Shown piece after piece: positions 10,064 through 20,787 of a DNA stretch of 64,000 bases. The position numbers were made by a program, and so were the translations under genes. This DNA comes from Opitutales bacterium (lineage in GTDB: Bacteria; Verrucomicrobiota; Verrucomicrobiia; Opitutales; UBA2987), in NCBI GenBank assembly GCA_965226885.1, contig CBDDEL010000014.1, positions 384,001-448,000 on the forward strand, given 5' to 3'. Every line of letters begins with the position of its first letter. The first letter of the stretch is position 1. The notes below the pieces were generated by a model, which made no database searches, was not told the origin of the DNA, and saw only the letters and a program-made list of their open reading frames with translations.

Positions 10064-10687
10064 ATGAAGCTTTATCTGGCTAGCGGTAATAAAAATAAAA
10101 TAAAGGAGATTTCCCAAATCCTTTATGCCATGACGAATGTTCTGGAGGTTTTTTCACCGGATGAAATTGGCGGTATGTCGGCGGTCGAGGAGACGGAGGA
10201 CAATTTTGTGGGCAACGCGCGCCTGAAAGCCCATGCCCTCAAGGCGGTCGCTCCGAGAGGGTCCTGGATCGTTGCCGATGACAGCGGACTGGAAGTGGAT
10301 ATCCTGCAGGGAAGGCCGGGAGTCTATTCCGCCCGTTATGCAGGTTTAAACGCCACCGATGAAGAAAACACGACTAAGCTGCTGGCGGAAATGGAGTCCA
10401 TACCCGATGACAAACGCTCGGCCCGATTTGTATGCTGCGCCGTTTTACTGGAACCGAGTGGGGTGGAAAAGATTTTCCGGGACGCCTGCGAAGGCGTTAT
10501 CACGAGAGCGCCGTCGGGAACCCATGGATTCGGCTACGATCCGGTATTCAGCCCGGAGGGCTTTGATGAAACGTTGGCGGAATTAGGGTCCGACATAAAA
10601 GACCGGCTCAGCCACCGCGCCCGTGTCATGAAGGAGTTGGCCTTCTGGTTGAAATACACCCAAAACGCCTACGGGGCCGGTGTGTGA
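10064..10687 (+). CDS. rdgB: dITP/XTP pyrophosphatase (HAM1 family)
   Basis: ASGNKNKIKE, ADDSGL, PGVYSARYAG, GFGYDPVF, SHRAR; ATG at 10064. Confidence 0.96.
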   Translation: MKLYLASGNKNKIKEISQILYAMTNVLEVFSPDEIGGMSAVEETEDNFVGNARLKAHALKAVAPRGSWIVADDSGLEVDILQGRPGVYSARYAGLNATDEENTTKLLAEMESIPDDKRSARFVCCAVLLEPSGVEKIFRDACEGVITRAPSGTHGFGYDPVFSPEGFDETLAELGSDIKDRLSHRARVMKELAFWLKYTQNAYGAGV

Positions 10688-10913
10688 GTTTGAAAGTTTA
10701 AGGTAAGGTTTTTAAAACCCCCTAATCCAGGTTCAGAGCCTTGCATTTTACGGTATGGAAGCTTCGTATTTGCGATCTGCTGTTGGTTCTATTTATGAAA
10801 TCATGAGAATCCATTGCGGAATGCTGCCATGAAAGAATCAAGCCCCGAAGCCAACCCGATTACCCGTTCAACCTTTGTTGACTCAAGCTCCTTGCTGCGT
10901 GACCAGGATTTTG

Positions 10914-10994
10914 GGTAGTGTATTAAGTAGGAATGGTGGCTAATTCTTGATTATATTGATGAATGAAAAGTCTCAGACAGGTTTCATGCATACT
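10914..10994 (-). mobile_element. IS1 type A terminal fragment (81 bp) cut by IS21
   Basis: Matches the first 81 bp of the other minus-strand copies and ends at the IS21 TGT terminus. Confidence 0.9.
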
Positions 10995-11068
10995 TGTAAA
11001 CGCCGGGGAAAAACCGGTACGGTAAAGAGGGCGCTTTAAAACCGGTACGCTTATCCTAGAAAGGAGGA

Positions 11069-12529
11069 GTGTATCGAGATATGAAGCAATGGACAAGAGT
11101 GCGGCACAAAGTGCTGCGGGACAAGCAGAGCAAGCGCTCTGTAATGCGAGAAGAGGGACTGCACTGGGAGACCCTGGGAAAGATGCTGGCCTATTCCCAG
11201 CCGCCGGGATACCGGCGCAAGAAGAGGCGAGAGCGCAAGATCGATCCGTATGTGGGCTGGATCGAGGAGGTGCTCAAAGCGGACCGGAACGTGCCCAAGA
11301 AGCAGCGCCATACGGCCAAACGGATCTACCAGCGTTTGGGTCGGGAGAAGGGCTACCAAGGGGGCTACACGGCGGTCAAGGAGGTGGTGGCCGAGCTGCG
11401 AGCGAGGCGGCGGGAAGTGTTCGTGCCGCTGGAGCACCGCCCCGGGGAGGGACAGGTGGACTTCGGTCATGCCCTGGTGAAGGAGGCGGGGCAATTGCGT
11501 AGGCGGCCATTTTTTGCCATGAGCCTGCCCTACAGCGATGCCTTTTTCGTGCAGGTGTTCGAACGGGAGTGCACGGAGAGCTTCTGGGAGGGGCACCTGC
11601 GAGCTTTTGAGTTTTTCGGGGCGGTGCCCCGGCGCATCAGCTATGACAACTCGAAGGTGGCGGTGGGTAAGATTATCGGTTCGCGTGAACGCAAGCTGAC
11701 CGACGGGTTTCTGCAGCTACAGAGCCATTACCTGTTCGAGGAACACTTCTGTCTGCCCGCCCGGGCCAACTTCCTGGTACCGGTACCGCAGGTTCGGGAC
11801 CTGGAGGAACTCAACGCAAAGCTGTTGGAGGCATGTGAGCGGGACATGGAGCGTAAATTACGCGGGAAAAGGGCGGTGAAAAAGGAACTGCTGGCCGAGG
11901 AGCGCGCCGTCATGCTGCCGTTGCCGCCCATACCCTTTGAAGCGAGCCGCAAACGCTCGACCTGCGTCAGCAGCCTCTCGCTGGTGCGCTTCGAGTGCAA
12001 CGACTATTCGGTGCCGGTGCGCTGCGCCCACCATCCGGTGGTGGTGGAAGGGTCCTGTCGGCAGGTGGTGATCTTCTGTGGGGGCCAAGAGGTGGCCCGG
12101 CACCGCCGCATTTGGGATAAAGAGCAAGTCTCTTTCGAGCCGGTGCACTACCTGGCTTTGCTGGAGAAAAAACCGGGCGCTTTGGACTTCGCCCGCCCAC
12201 TCTCGGGCTGGCAGTTGCCGCAGTGCCTGCAGGTCCTCAGACGCCGGCTCGAAAGCCAATGCGGGGGCGAAGGCAGCCGGGAGTATATCCGGGTGCTGCG
12301 GCTGTTGGAGAAACACCCCATGGCGGCCTTGCAGCAGGCCGTCGTCTCGGCCCTGCGGGTGGGGGGACTGACTCGTGAGGCCATCGCCCAGTATCTCTAT
12401 CCTCAGGAAGACTACGGGAGCAGAACCTTCCGGCTGGACGGCCATCCACACCTGCGTCACGTCCGTGTGGCCGCCCCTGACCTCGGTGCCTACAGCGAAC
12501 TGCTCAAGATTCCAGGAGGGGCTTTATGA
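11069..12529 (+). pseudogene. istA: IS21 transposase IstA lacking the catalytic Glu segment
   Basis: QVDFG and SYDN present; the 15-aa segment PNEKGVVEGIVRYAR found in copy 2 is deleted in frame. Confidence 0.85.
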
Positions 12530-13293
12530 AGGAAGAAAAAAACCAGCTGCTGTTACACCATCACCTCAAGAAACTGAAGTTGCCCACCATCCTGCGCGAA
12601 TGGCCGGCGGTGGCCGCGGCTTGTTCCCGGGACCGGCTCGATTACGCCGCCTTTTTGTTGCATCTGGTCGAACGGGAGCTCATTGAACGCGAACAGCGGG
12701 CCGCCCAGCGGCGGATCAAAAACGCCCGTTTCCCCGTGCTCAAGACCCTCGAGAGCTTCGCCTTTGAAGCGCAGCCCTCGATCAACGAAGCGCTCATCCG
12801 AGAGCTCATGCGCGGGGAGTATGTCGACCAGCGCGAAAACGTGCTGCTCCTCGGTAACGCCGGTACCGGTAAAACGCACCTGGCCACCGCCCTGGGCTTT
12901 GCCGCCTGTGCCCAGGGCCGGCGGATCTGTTTCTTCGGGGTCACCGCCCTGGTTACCCATATGCTCGAGCAACGCGACAACCACGACCTGCAGCGCTTCA
13001 TGAAGCAACTCGAAAGGCTCGACCTACTCATCCTCGACGAACTCGGTTACGTCCCTTTTTCCAAGACCGGTTCCGAACTGCTCTTCGACGTGGTCAGCCG
13101 CGCTTACGAGCGCACCAGTCTCATCGTCACCACCAACCTGCCCTTTGAGAACTGGATCGAAGTGCTCGGTTCCGAACGGCTCACCGGAGCTCTGCTGGAC
13201 CGACTCACCCATCGGGTGCATATCCTCGAAGCCAACGGGCAAAGCTACCGCTTGCGCGATGCTCGACGCCGTCGCCGTGGCACAAAACAATAA
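12526..13293 (+). CDS. istB: IS21 AAA+ helper ATPase IstB
   Basis: GNAGTGKT Walker A, LLILDELG Walker B, ALLDRLTH. Confidence 0.95.
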   Translation: MKEEKNQLLLHHHLKKLKLPTILREWPAVAAACSRDRLDYAAFLLHLVERELIEREQRAAQRRIKNARFPVLKTLESFAFEAQPSINEALIRELMRGEYVDQRENVLLLGNAGTGKTHLATALGFAACAQGRRICFFGVTALVTHMLEQRDNHDLQRFMKQLERLDLLILDELGYVPFSKTGSELLFDVVSRAYERTSLIVTTNLPFENWIEVLGSERLTGALLDRLTHRVHILEANGQSYRLRDARRRRRGTKQ

Positions 13294-13392
13294 ACGCCTT
13301 GGGCCCGGCTCGTCGGCCTCCGGCCTCCTCACCGACCCCAAGCCAATCCCCAAAACCAACTCCCAAACCCTAAACCTTGACGTACCTGCAAT

Positions 13393-14194
13393 GGGAGTGT
13401 ATTAAGTAGGAATGGTGGCTAATTCTTGATTATATTGATGAATGAAAAGTCTCAGACAGGTTTCATGCATACTCTTAAGCTTGGAAAAGGAGAGGGTTTT
13501 GCGTGTGAAACGACCCAGTCGTTGGCGCAGGGTATTGTTCCATCGTTCCACATGGGCCGTTTCACCGGTTTCTTTTCCCACGGATCGGTTATGAGGAAAG
13601 ACTTCATCATAAGTGCTCCAAAAGTCGCTGTAGGTGGCACATCTTTTGTAGGCCCGTGGCAGACGCTCGTAAAGTTCCCGGCAACGATACCAATCCCGAG
13701 GCCCAATGGCATAGGAGAGGATTTGACGGGTGCGTCGGCAAAGAGCGATCCAAACCCATTGGGCATCGCTCTTGCGCCCCACAAAAGACCACAGTTCGTC
13801 CAGTTCAATGACATCATGGCGGCGGGCCGCAAGAATCGTGCTTTTGAGCGGTCGCAGCGATTGTCGTTTTTATTAACCAACTCAAAACGGTGTTGGGACT
13901 CACCCCGAAGGCGCGCTGTAAACCGCGTAGACTGCTGCGTTCCTGATAGACTCGAAGGATCATTTCTTTTTGCTCTTCGGTGTATTTCACTGTGGGGTTT
14001 TCGCGGCTTTGTTTACCACAATCATGGCAGCGGTAGCGCTGTTTATGGTTGGGCGTCTTGCCAAATTTAATGATATTTTCACTTCCACAGTGCCGACAAT
14101 TAATAAATTTAGTAACCATGCACTAAAAATAAACTGCCTAACGCTATTTGTACAGCTAAAAATACCAAATAACATTCTTTTTTTATACACTACC
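13393..14194 (-). mobile_element. IS1 type A copy 2 (mutated IR and slippery site)
   Basis: Terminus reads GGGAGTG instead of GGTAGTG; insA 13814-14119, insB frame ends 13402; A8C changed to AATAAAAAC. Confidence 0.92.
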
Positions 14195-15467
14195 GGATTT
14201 TGAAGGACTGCGGTTGCGGGCTGATGTAGATGGTTGCTTATTCTTTAAACAATTGCTTCCCGCCGGGGAAATTCTCAGGGTTCGGGCCGATATGCTGGCC
14301 GTTGTGGATAAGTATGGCTGGCGACAGGCCGGGCAGGATCCGTTGGGAGCCTTTATCGATCTTGAAGCCATCAACCAGGTGCCGGATAGTGAGATGCGCG
14401 ATGATATCGGCGTTAGCATCCCGGCCTATGACGATACCCAAAAACTGGAGAGTTTCCACCGTTTGCCGCACCATCCCAATTTGATCGCGCTCTATGGCGG
14501 GTTGTTTGAACGTGAGGTATTCGTGCATCCACGGCATATTGGGCGCATGATTACGGGGCATCGTTCAATGACGCCCACGCCCCAGCATCAAGATTTTCCA
14601 CTTATCCAGGGCAGCGCCAATACCTGGACGTGTTGGTTCCCTTTGGGTGACTGCCCTCGTTCTCACGGTGGATTGATTATTCTGCGGGGTTCCCACCGCG
14701 AGGGCTACATCCCGATCCGTCATGTAAAGGGGGCCGGTGAAATTGCCGTTCAACTTTGCCCGGGGGTCGAGGAATGGATGGAGGGCGACTACGAACTAGG
14801 CGACGTGCTGACTTTCCCTTGTTATACCGTGCACAAGGCATTACCCAGCCAATTCAAGGATCAAATACGCCTTTCGATGGATGTACGTTACCAGCCCATC
14901 GATGAGCCTATCGAAGAAAAATCCCTCCAACCGCACTGCGACCTATCATGGGAGGAAATTTACGCCAATTGGGAAAGTGACACCCTCAAATACTACTGGC
15001 GTCAATCATCGCCCAAACTCTCTCTCTGGAATGACTCACTGGTCCAGCCTTCCCGCCGAATCTGCTGAAGTAGAGTAGAGGGCATTATTCGCGAAGAGCG
15101 AAATGGAGTCAGGATGCAAAATAAGATTTGTGAAGGTTGAGGTCCGGATTGCACAGATACTGGATGCAGGATACTGGATTGGAGATGTGGGGTTTTTTGG
15201 TAGTGTTAACATTTTGAATGTTTAAGCTGTACTTTTTAGCGTGATTATGTTGTGAACTGGGAATGGTCCATATCACAGTAAAATGTCCTCAATGCGGAAG
15301 CGATCACATCATCAAGCACGGCAAGGATCCGAAAGGGGTTCAGAAGTATCGATGCAAGGGGTGTGGTTATCAGTTTCGGCTTCACCCCAAAAGTCGTGAG
15401 CATCCTCCGGCGCTGGTCAAGCAGGTGCTCCGTGCGCACCAAAACCGGATGAGCCTGCGTGCCATTT

Positions 15468-16800
15468 TGAAATGGACGGGGAAAACTGGACAGTGGAATA
15501 AGGTGGTCTTGAACCACTAAATCCGCTAACCTATGAATGTTATTAAATCACGAAAGAGAAGACAATACAGTGCTGAGTTTAAAGCCCGAGTGGCCCTGGA
15601 AGCCATCAGGGGCGCTCATACCATCAACGAGATCGCCGGTCGTTTTGAGGTGCATCCCAACCAGGTGACCCAATGGAAGAAGCAGCTTTTGCAGGGAGCA
15701 ACGGAGCTGTTTTCGCGCCAGCGGCAGACTCTCAGCAAGGACAACGAGACGGAAAAAGATCACCTTTACCAGGAGATTGGAAAGCTGAAAGTAGAATGCG
15801 ATTGGCTAAAAAAAAAGTCTGAACAATTCGGTTGGTGAGAGGCGCAAGATGGTGCAACCACTTCAAGGAAAAATCAGTATCGGCAGGCAATGTCAGTTGC
15901 TGGGGCTGGCCCGCGGCAGCTATTACTATCGGGCCCGTGCCCAGTGCGAGCAGAACGTTCTCTACATGCATCGCATGGATGAGCTCTACACCCAATATCC
16001 GTTTTTTGGTTCTCGCCGGATGACCCAGTGGCTGCGTCGAGAGGGCCATGCAGTGGGACGAGGCCGCATCCAGCGGCTCATGCGCCAAATGGGCCTGGAG
16101 GCTATTTATCCGCGTCGAAACTTGAGCCAGGGGCACCGGCAGCACCGCATTTTCCCTTATCTGCTGCGGGGTTTGGCGGTCGAGCGGCCCGACCAGGTAT
16201 GGTGCAGCGACATCACTTACCTGCGGCTGAGCCGAGGATTCCTTTTCTTGACCGTGGTGTTGGACTGGTTCAGCCGCTACGTGTTGAGCTGGCAGCTTTC
16301 CAACACCCTGGAGAGCCGCTTCTGTGTGCTCGCCCTGGAGGAAGCTCTGAGGCGGGCCCAACCTCAAATCTTCAACACCGATCAAGGCAGCCAGTTTACC
16401 GGCAGCGAGTTCACCTCGGTGCTGGGGCAAGCCGGGGTGCGCATCAGCATGGACGGGCGTGGCCGCTACCTGGACAACATATTTGTTGAACGCTTTTGGA
16501 GAACCCTCAAGTATGAAGACATTTACCTGCGCGAATACGCCACGGCAAAGGAAGCCAGCGAAGGGATAGCCCGCTACCTGGACTTCTACAACCACCTGCG
16601 CCCCCACCAAGCCCTGGGCTACCGGACCCCGGCCGAAGTCCATGCAATCGGAGCAAAACCAACCTCCCCGCCAATACAGCTTGCGGGCACCTGCGTGCCC
16701 GTCTTTGGCTAAGGACAAAATATATTTTTAAAAAATAATATGAACACGATTTCCACCTTAATCCCACGTCAAAATTGTCCAAACAACCCCGTCCACTTCA
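15468..16800 (+). mobile_element. IS3-family element type A (orfA 15533-15838, orfB to 16712)
   Basis: TG...CA ends with imperfect IR; 3-bp TTT duplication; poly-A frameshift tract near 15808-15817; WCSDITY, NTDQGSQF, DNIFVERFWRTLKYE. Confidence 0.94.
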
Positions 16801-17072
16801 TTTACCGTACCTTCGGGGTAGCCCCAAAGACGGTCATCGAATGGATTAAAAAAAAGTCCTGAGTTTGCCGAAGCTGGAGTCCGCTCTGCTTGCCCGCCAG
16901 TGTAGTGATGTGCTGGAACTGGACGAGGTGTGGTCATTCTGGGGCGATAAGCGTTCGGGGCAGGTATGGCTATGGGTAGCCTTGTGTCGACGTACCCGAC
17001 AGGTCGTCGGGTTTCTCTGGGTGATCGTAGCGATCAAACGTGCTGGCAGTTGTATCACAACATTGCCCAGCC

Positions 17073-18400
17073 TGATGTGCACTGGAAAAAGTGGACACGA
17101 GATTCTCCTAAATGGAGAATCGAAGCATGGGAAGAAGACGCTTCAGTATAGAGTTCAAAAATGAGGCAGTTCAACTGATGATACTCGATGGTCTGAGCGC
17201 CACCGAGGTATCGACCAAACTTGGGGTCAACACCAACCAATTGTATAGGTGGAAGAGGCTCTATCTGGACGATCAGCAGGGCGAAGCCACCTCAAAGCGA
17301 CAGAGCAGTCCGAAGGAGATGGCGGCCGAGATAGATCGTCTTCGCAAAGAGCTGCGCCGCTCGGAGCGGATCAACCAGATACTAAAAAAAACGGTGGGCT
17401 ACTTTGCCAAGGACGAACAATGAAGTACCAGTTTGTCAAAGACAACGAGGGGCGCTTCAAGATCGAGGAAATATGCTCGGCGATGGGGATTTGTCGCAGT
17501 GGCTATTACTGCTGGAGGCCCCGAGCGCCCTCGGCCCGGCGGATCGAGGACGAGGGAATCAAGGGGGCGATCCTGAAGGTACACAAAGAGGCCAAGGGCC
17601 GCTATGGGCATCGGCCAATGCACCGCCATCTGAAGGATGATGAGGGCATCGATTGCGGCCGTGACCGGGCTCTGCGTCTGATGCGTGAAATGGGAATCAA
17701 AAGCACCCAGAGTAAACGCTTTAAGCCATTAAAAACCAACAGTAACCATCCCTATGGTTACAGCCCCAATGTGCTTAAAAAGCATGGCCAGCCGACCCAT
17801 ATCGACGAGGTCTGGGTGGCGGACACGACCTACCTACGGACCCTGGCCGGTTGGATGTACTTGGCCACGGTGATGGACCTGTTCAGCCGACGCCTGCTGG
17901 GCTGGAGCGTTTCCAACCACAACGACGCGAAGCTGGTTGGCAAGGCCCTCAAAGCCGCGGCCATGACCCGCGGCACACTGCGCACCGGGATTATTCATCA
18001 CAGCGATCGGGGCAGCCCCTACGGCAGCGACGACTATCAGAGGCTGGTCTCTGAACTAGGCATGAAGCCGAGCATGAGCGCCCAAGGCAACTGCTACGAC
18101 AACGCGGCCATGGAATCGTTCTACGGCCGCTTCAAGACCAGCACGATTCGAGGCCGCCACTTTGCCGACGAGCGCGAACTGCGATCAACTGTCTTCGAAT
18201 ACGTGGAAATCTTCTACAACCGATATCGCAAACATTCCTCTCTGAGTTACCAAAGCCCAGTCCAATTCGAGGAAAATATTTGCCCCCCATGGGGGGCAAC
18301 GAGAAAACAAAACCCTTTACCAAAACAAGCCGCCTGACACACTAATCAATAAACAATGAATATAAGAGAATCCCGTGTCCAACAAATCCAGTACACGTCA
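17073..18400 (+). mobile_element. IS3-family element type B copy 1 (orfA to 17423, orfB 17420-18337)
   Basis: TGATGTGCACTGGA...TCCAGTACACGTCA ends; GCC duplication; WVADTTY, HHSDRG, DNAAMESF. Confidence 0.94.
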
Positions 18401-19276
18401 GCCCTATCGCGACTGTGCCACCGTAAGCGATTACTGGGAAAGCTACGACAAGGTTTTCCCTCACAACAGCGCCAGCGGGAAACAATCCGGCCAAACCGCC
18501 CATATCGAACGCTGGAACAATACCTTGCGACAGTCCCTGTCACGCTATGTGCGTAAAACGCTGTCATTCTCGAAGTCTTTGGTCATGCATTTTCGCGTCC
18601 TGTGCTTGTTCATCTGGGAATACAACAGCAATATCAAACATTCGTCATGTTAACACTACCCCGGTTTTTTTAACCACGGATTGGAGGATGTCGCTTTGAT
18701 CGGTACACGGATGAGCACAGATATTTTTTAAAATTGGAGGATTCAAGAAAGATCAACTTGGCTTCTTTTGATGACCTACAGCTATGACAAAGCTCCCATG
18801 TTATCATTGGATTCATTTGTCCTGGACAAGGCATGGAAGTTCACCCATTGGAGTTTGCTTCTCTAAAAAATTGACAAGCTCGCTCATTTTTTTTGTTTCA
18901 GGTAAATCGTAGTATTTGGGATTACAGTAATGATAGGTACGATACCAAGCTTCTATTAATCCGGCAATTGAATAGTAACAGTTAAGCGCGTATTGAACAT
19001 CCCGATGATGGAAGAGTTTTTTAATCAAAATTGGTTTTCGTTGCCTGCTGCGCAGGTGGGTTCGCAGACTTCCCTGCAACTCAATTTGGCTGCGCGGGGC
19101 CGGCAGGTTCTTCAAGTTGGCTTTGACCGTGTTATTCAAATACTCATCGGGGTTCAATTCGGGACTGTAAGATGGTAGATAAAAAATCTCGATCCTATCG
19201 CGGTGGGCTTCAATCCAACCGGTTACTTTTTTAGCATGATGCACTCTCAGATTGTCCACAATGAGAAAGATTTTCC

Positions 19277-20078
19277 GGTAGTGTATAAAAAAAGAATGTT
19301 ATTTTGTATTTTTAGCTGTACAAATAGCGTTAGGCAGTTTATTCTTAGTGCATGGTTACTAAAATTATTAATTGTCGGCACTGTGGAAGTGAAAATATCA
19401 TTAAATTTGGCAAGACGCCCAACCATAAACAGCGCTACCGCTGCCATGATTGTGGTAAACAAAGCCGCGAAAACCCCACAGTGAAATACACCGAAGAGCA
19501 AAAAGAAATGATCCTTCGAGTCTATCAGGAACGCAGCAGTCTACGCGGTTTACAGCGCGCCTTCGGGGTGAGTCCCAACACCGTTTTGAGTTGGTTAAAA
19601 AAAACGACAATCGCTGCGACCGCTCAAAAGCACGATTCTTGCGGCCCGCCGCCATGATGTCATTGAACTGGACGAACTGTGGTCTTTTGTGGGGCGCAAG
19701 AGCGATGCCCAATGGGTTTGGATCGCTCTTTGCCGACGCACCCGTCAAATCCTCTCCTATGCCATTGGGCCTCGGGATTGGTATCGTTGCCGGGAACTTT
19801 ACGAGCGTCTGCCACGGGCCTACAAAAGATGTGCCACCTACAGCGACTTTTGGAGCACTTATGATGAAGTCTTTCCTCATAACCGATCCGTGGGAAAAGA
19901 AGCCGGTGAAACGGCCCATGTGGAACGATGGAACAATACCCTGCGCCAACGACTGGGTCGTTTCACACGCAAAACCCTCTCCTTTTCCAAGCTTAAGAGT
20001 ATGCATGAAACCTGTCTGAGACTTTTCATTCATCAATATAATCAAGAATTAGCCACCATTCCTACTTAATACACTACC
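19277..20078 (+). mobile_element. IS1 type A copy 3 (apparently intact)
   Basis: 8-bp duplication GATTTTCC; insA 19352-19657; intact A8C; insB ends 20069. Confidence 0.95.
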
Positions 20079-20787
20079 GATTTTCCGTTTGGCTCCTTTG
20101 ATTAACTGGCGCAGAAATTTGATAAACAGTTCCACATTCAAGGCTCCCTTGTAAACCATGAAACGCAGCTTTCCACGGTTGGTTATAGTCGAGATCATGC
20201 TCGTGCTAAAACGACGCGCACTGCGTTTGGCAACTGGCGTTTTACCGCGCGGAGCATAACCTCTTCCCCGATGATCTTCGCTACTGATGCCGGTTTCATC
20301 TCCCCAGTGGATTTGGGCCTGTTGCGCTTTGGCTCTGGCTTCGATGGCCGGGTAAGTTTGATCAAGCCACTTCTTAATCGCCTCAGGCTGCTGCTCATAG
20401 GCTTGTCTTCGAGGTTTTTGTGGAGTGAAACCCCAACGGCGAAGATACTCGCCCACCGTGCGGATCGGCATCTTCAAAGCAAACTGCCTTTCAATCAACT
20501 CTTGCACCGCTTGGCGCGTCCACAGGGCAAAGGGCATCTTAAGCTGGTCGGGTCTCTTATCGGTAATCATTCGGCACACCATGCGCTCTTGTTGGGAGCT
20601 CAATCTTCGACATTGGCCCTGCCGACGGCCCCGTTGTCCAAGCCGCAGGGCTTTTGGCCCTCCATTTCGGTAAAGGGCCCACCATTTGCGCACAGCGCTG
20701 ATCGATACCTTTAAAACCACGGAAACCTCTTCATAAGTGCAACCCTCTCTTTTCAGATCCACCGCCCGACACCTCAGCTCATATATA

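Larger units (their letters stand above)
10995..13392 (+). mobile_element. IS21-family element copy 1 (right end lost; istA has an internal deletion)
   Basis: Starts TGTAAACGCC with internal AAAACCGGTACG repeats; istA/istB pair; truncated by IS1 relative to the copy at 44599-47117. Confidence 0.93.
10829..15068 (+). pseudogene. Phytanoyl-CoA dioxygenase (PhyH)-family Fe(II)/2OG oxygenase split by an IS1/IS21/IS1 insertion
   Basis: Removing 10914-14194 and one copy of the 8-bp duplication GGATTTTG joins MKESSPEANPITRSTFVDSSSLLRDQDF in frame to EGLRLRADVDGCLFF...; contains HQD, GSH, H and RLSMDVRY motifs. Confidence 0.88.
15199..18660 (+). mobile_element. IS1-family element type B, interrupted by two different IS3 elements
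   Basis: IRs GGTAGTGTTA/TAACACTACC; InsA CPQCGS...CKGC from 15263 rejoins as AIYRTFG after 16800; InsB ELDEVWSF rejoins as QPYRDCATVSDYW...ERWNNTLRQ after 18400. Confidence 0.88.
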
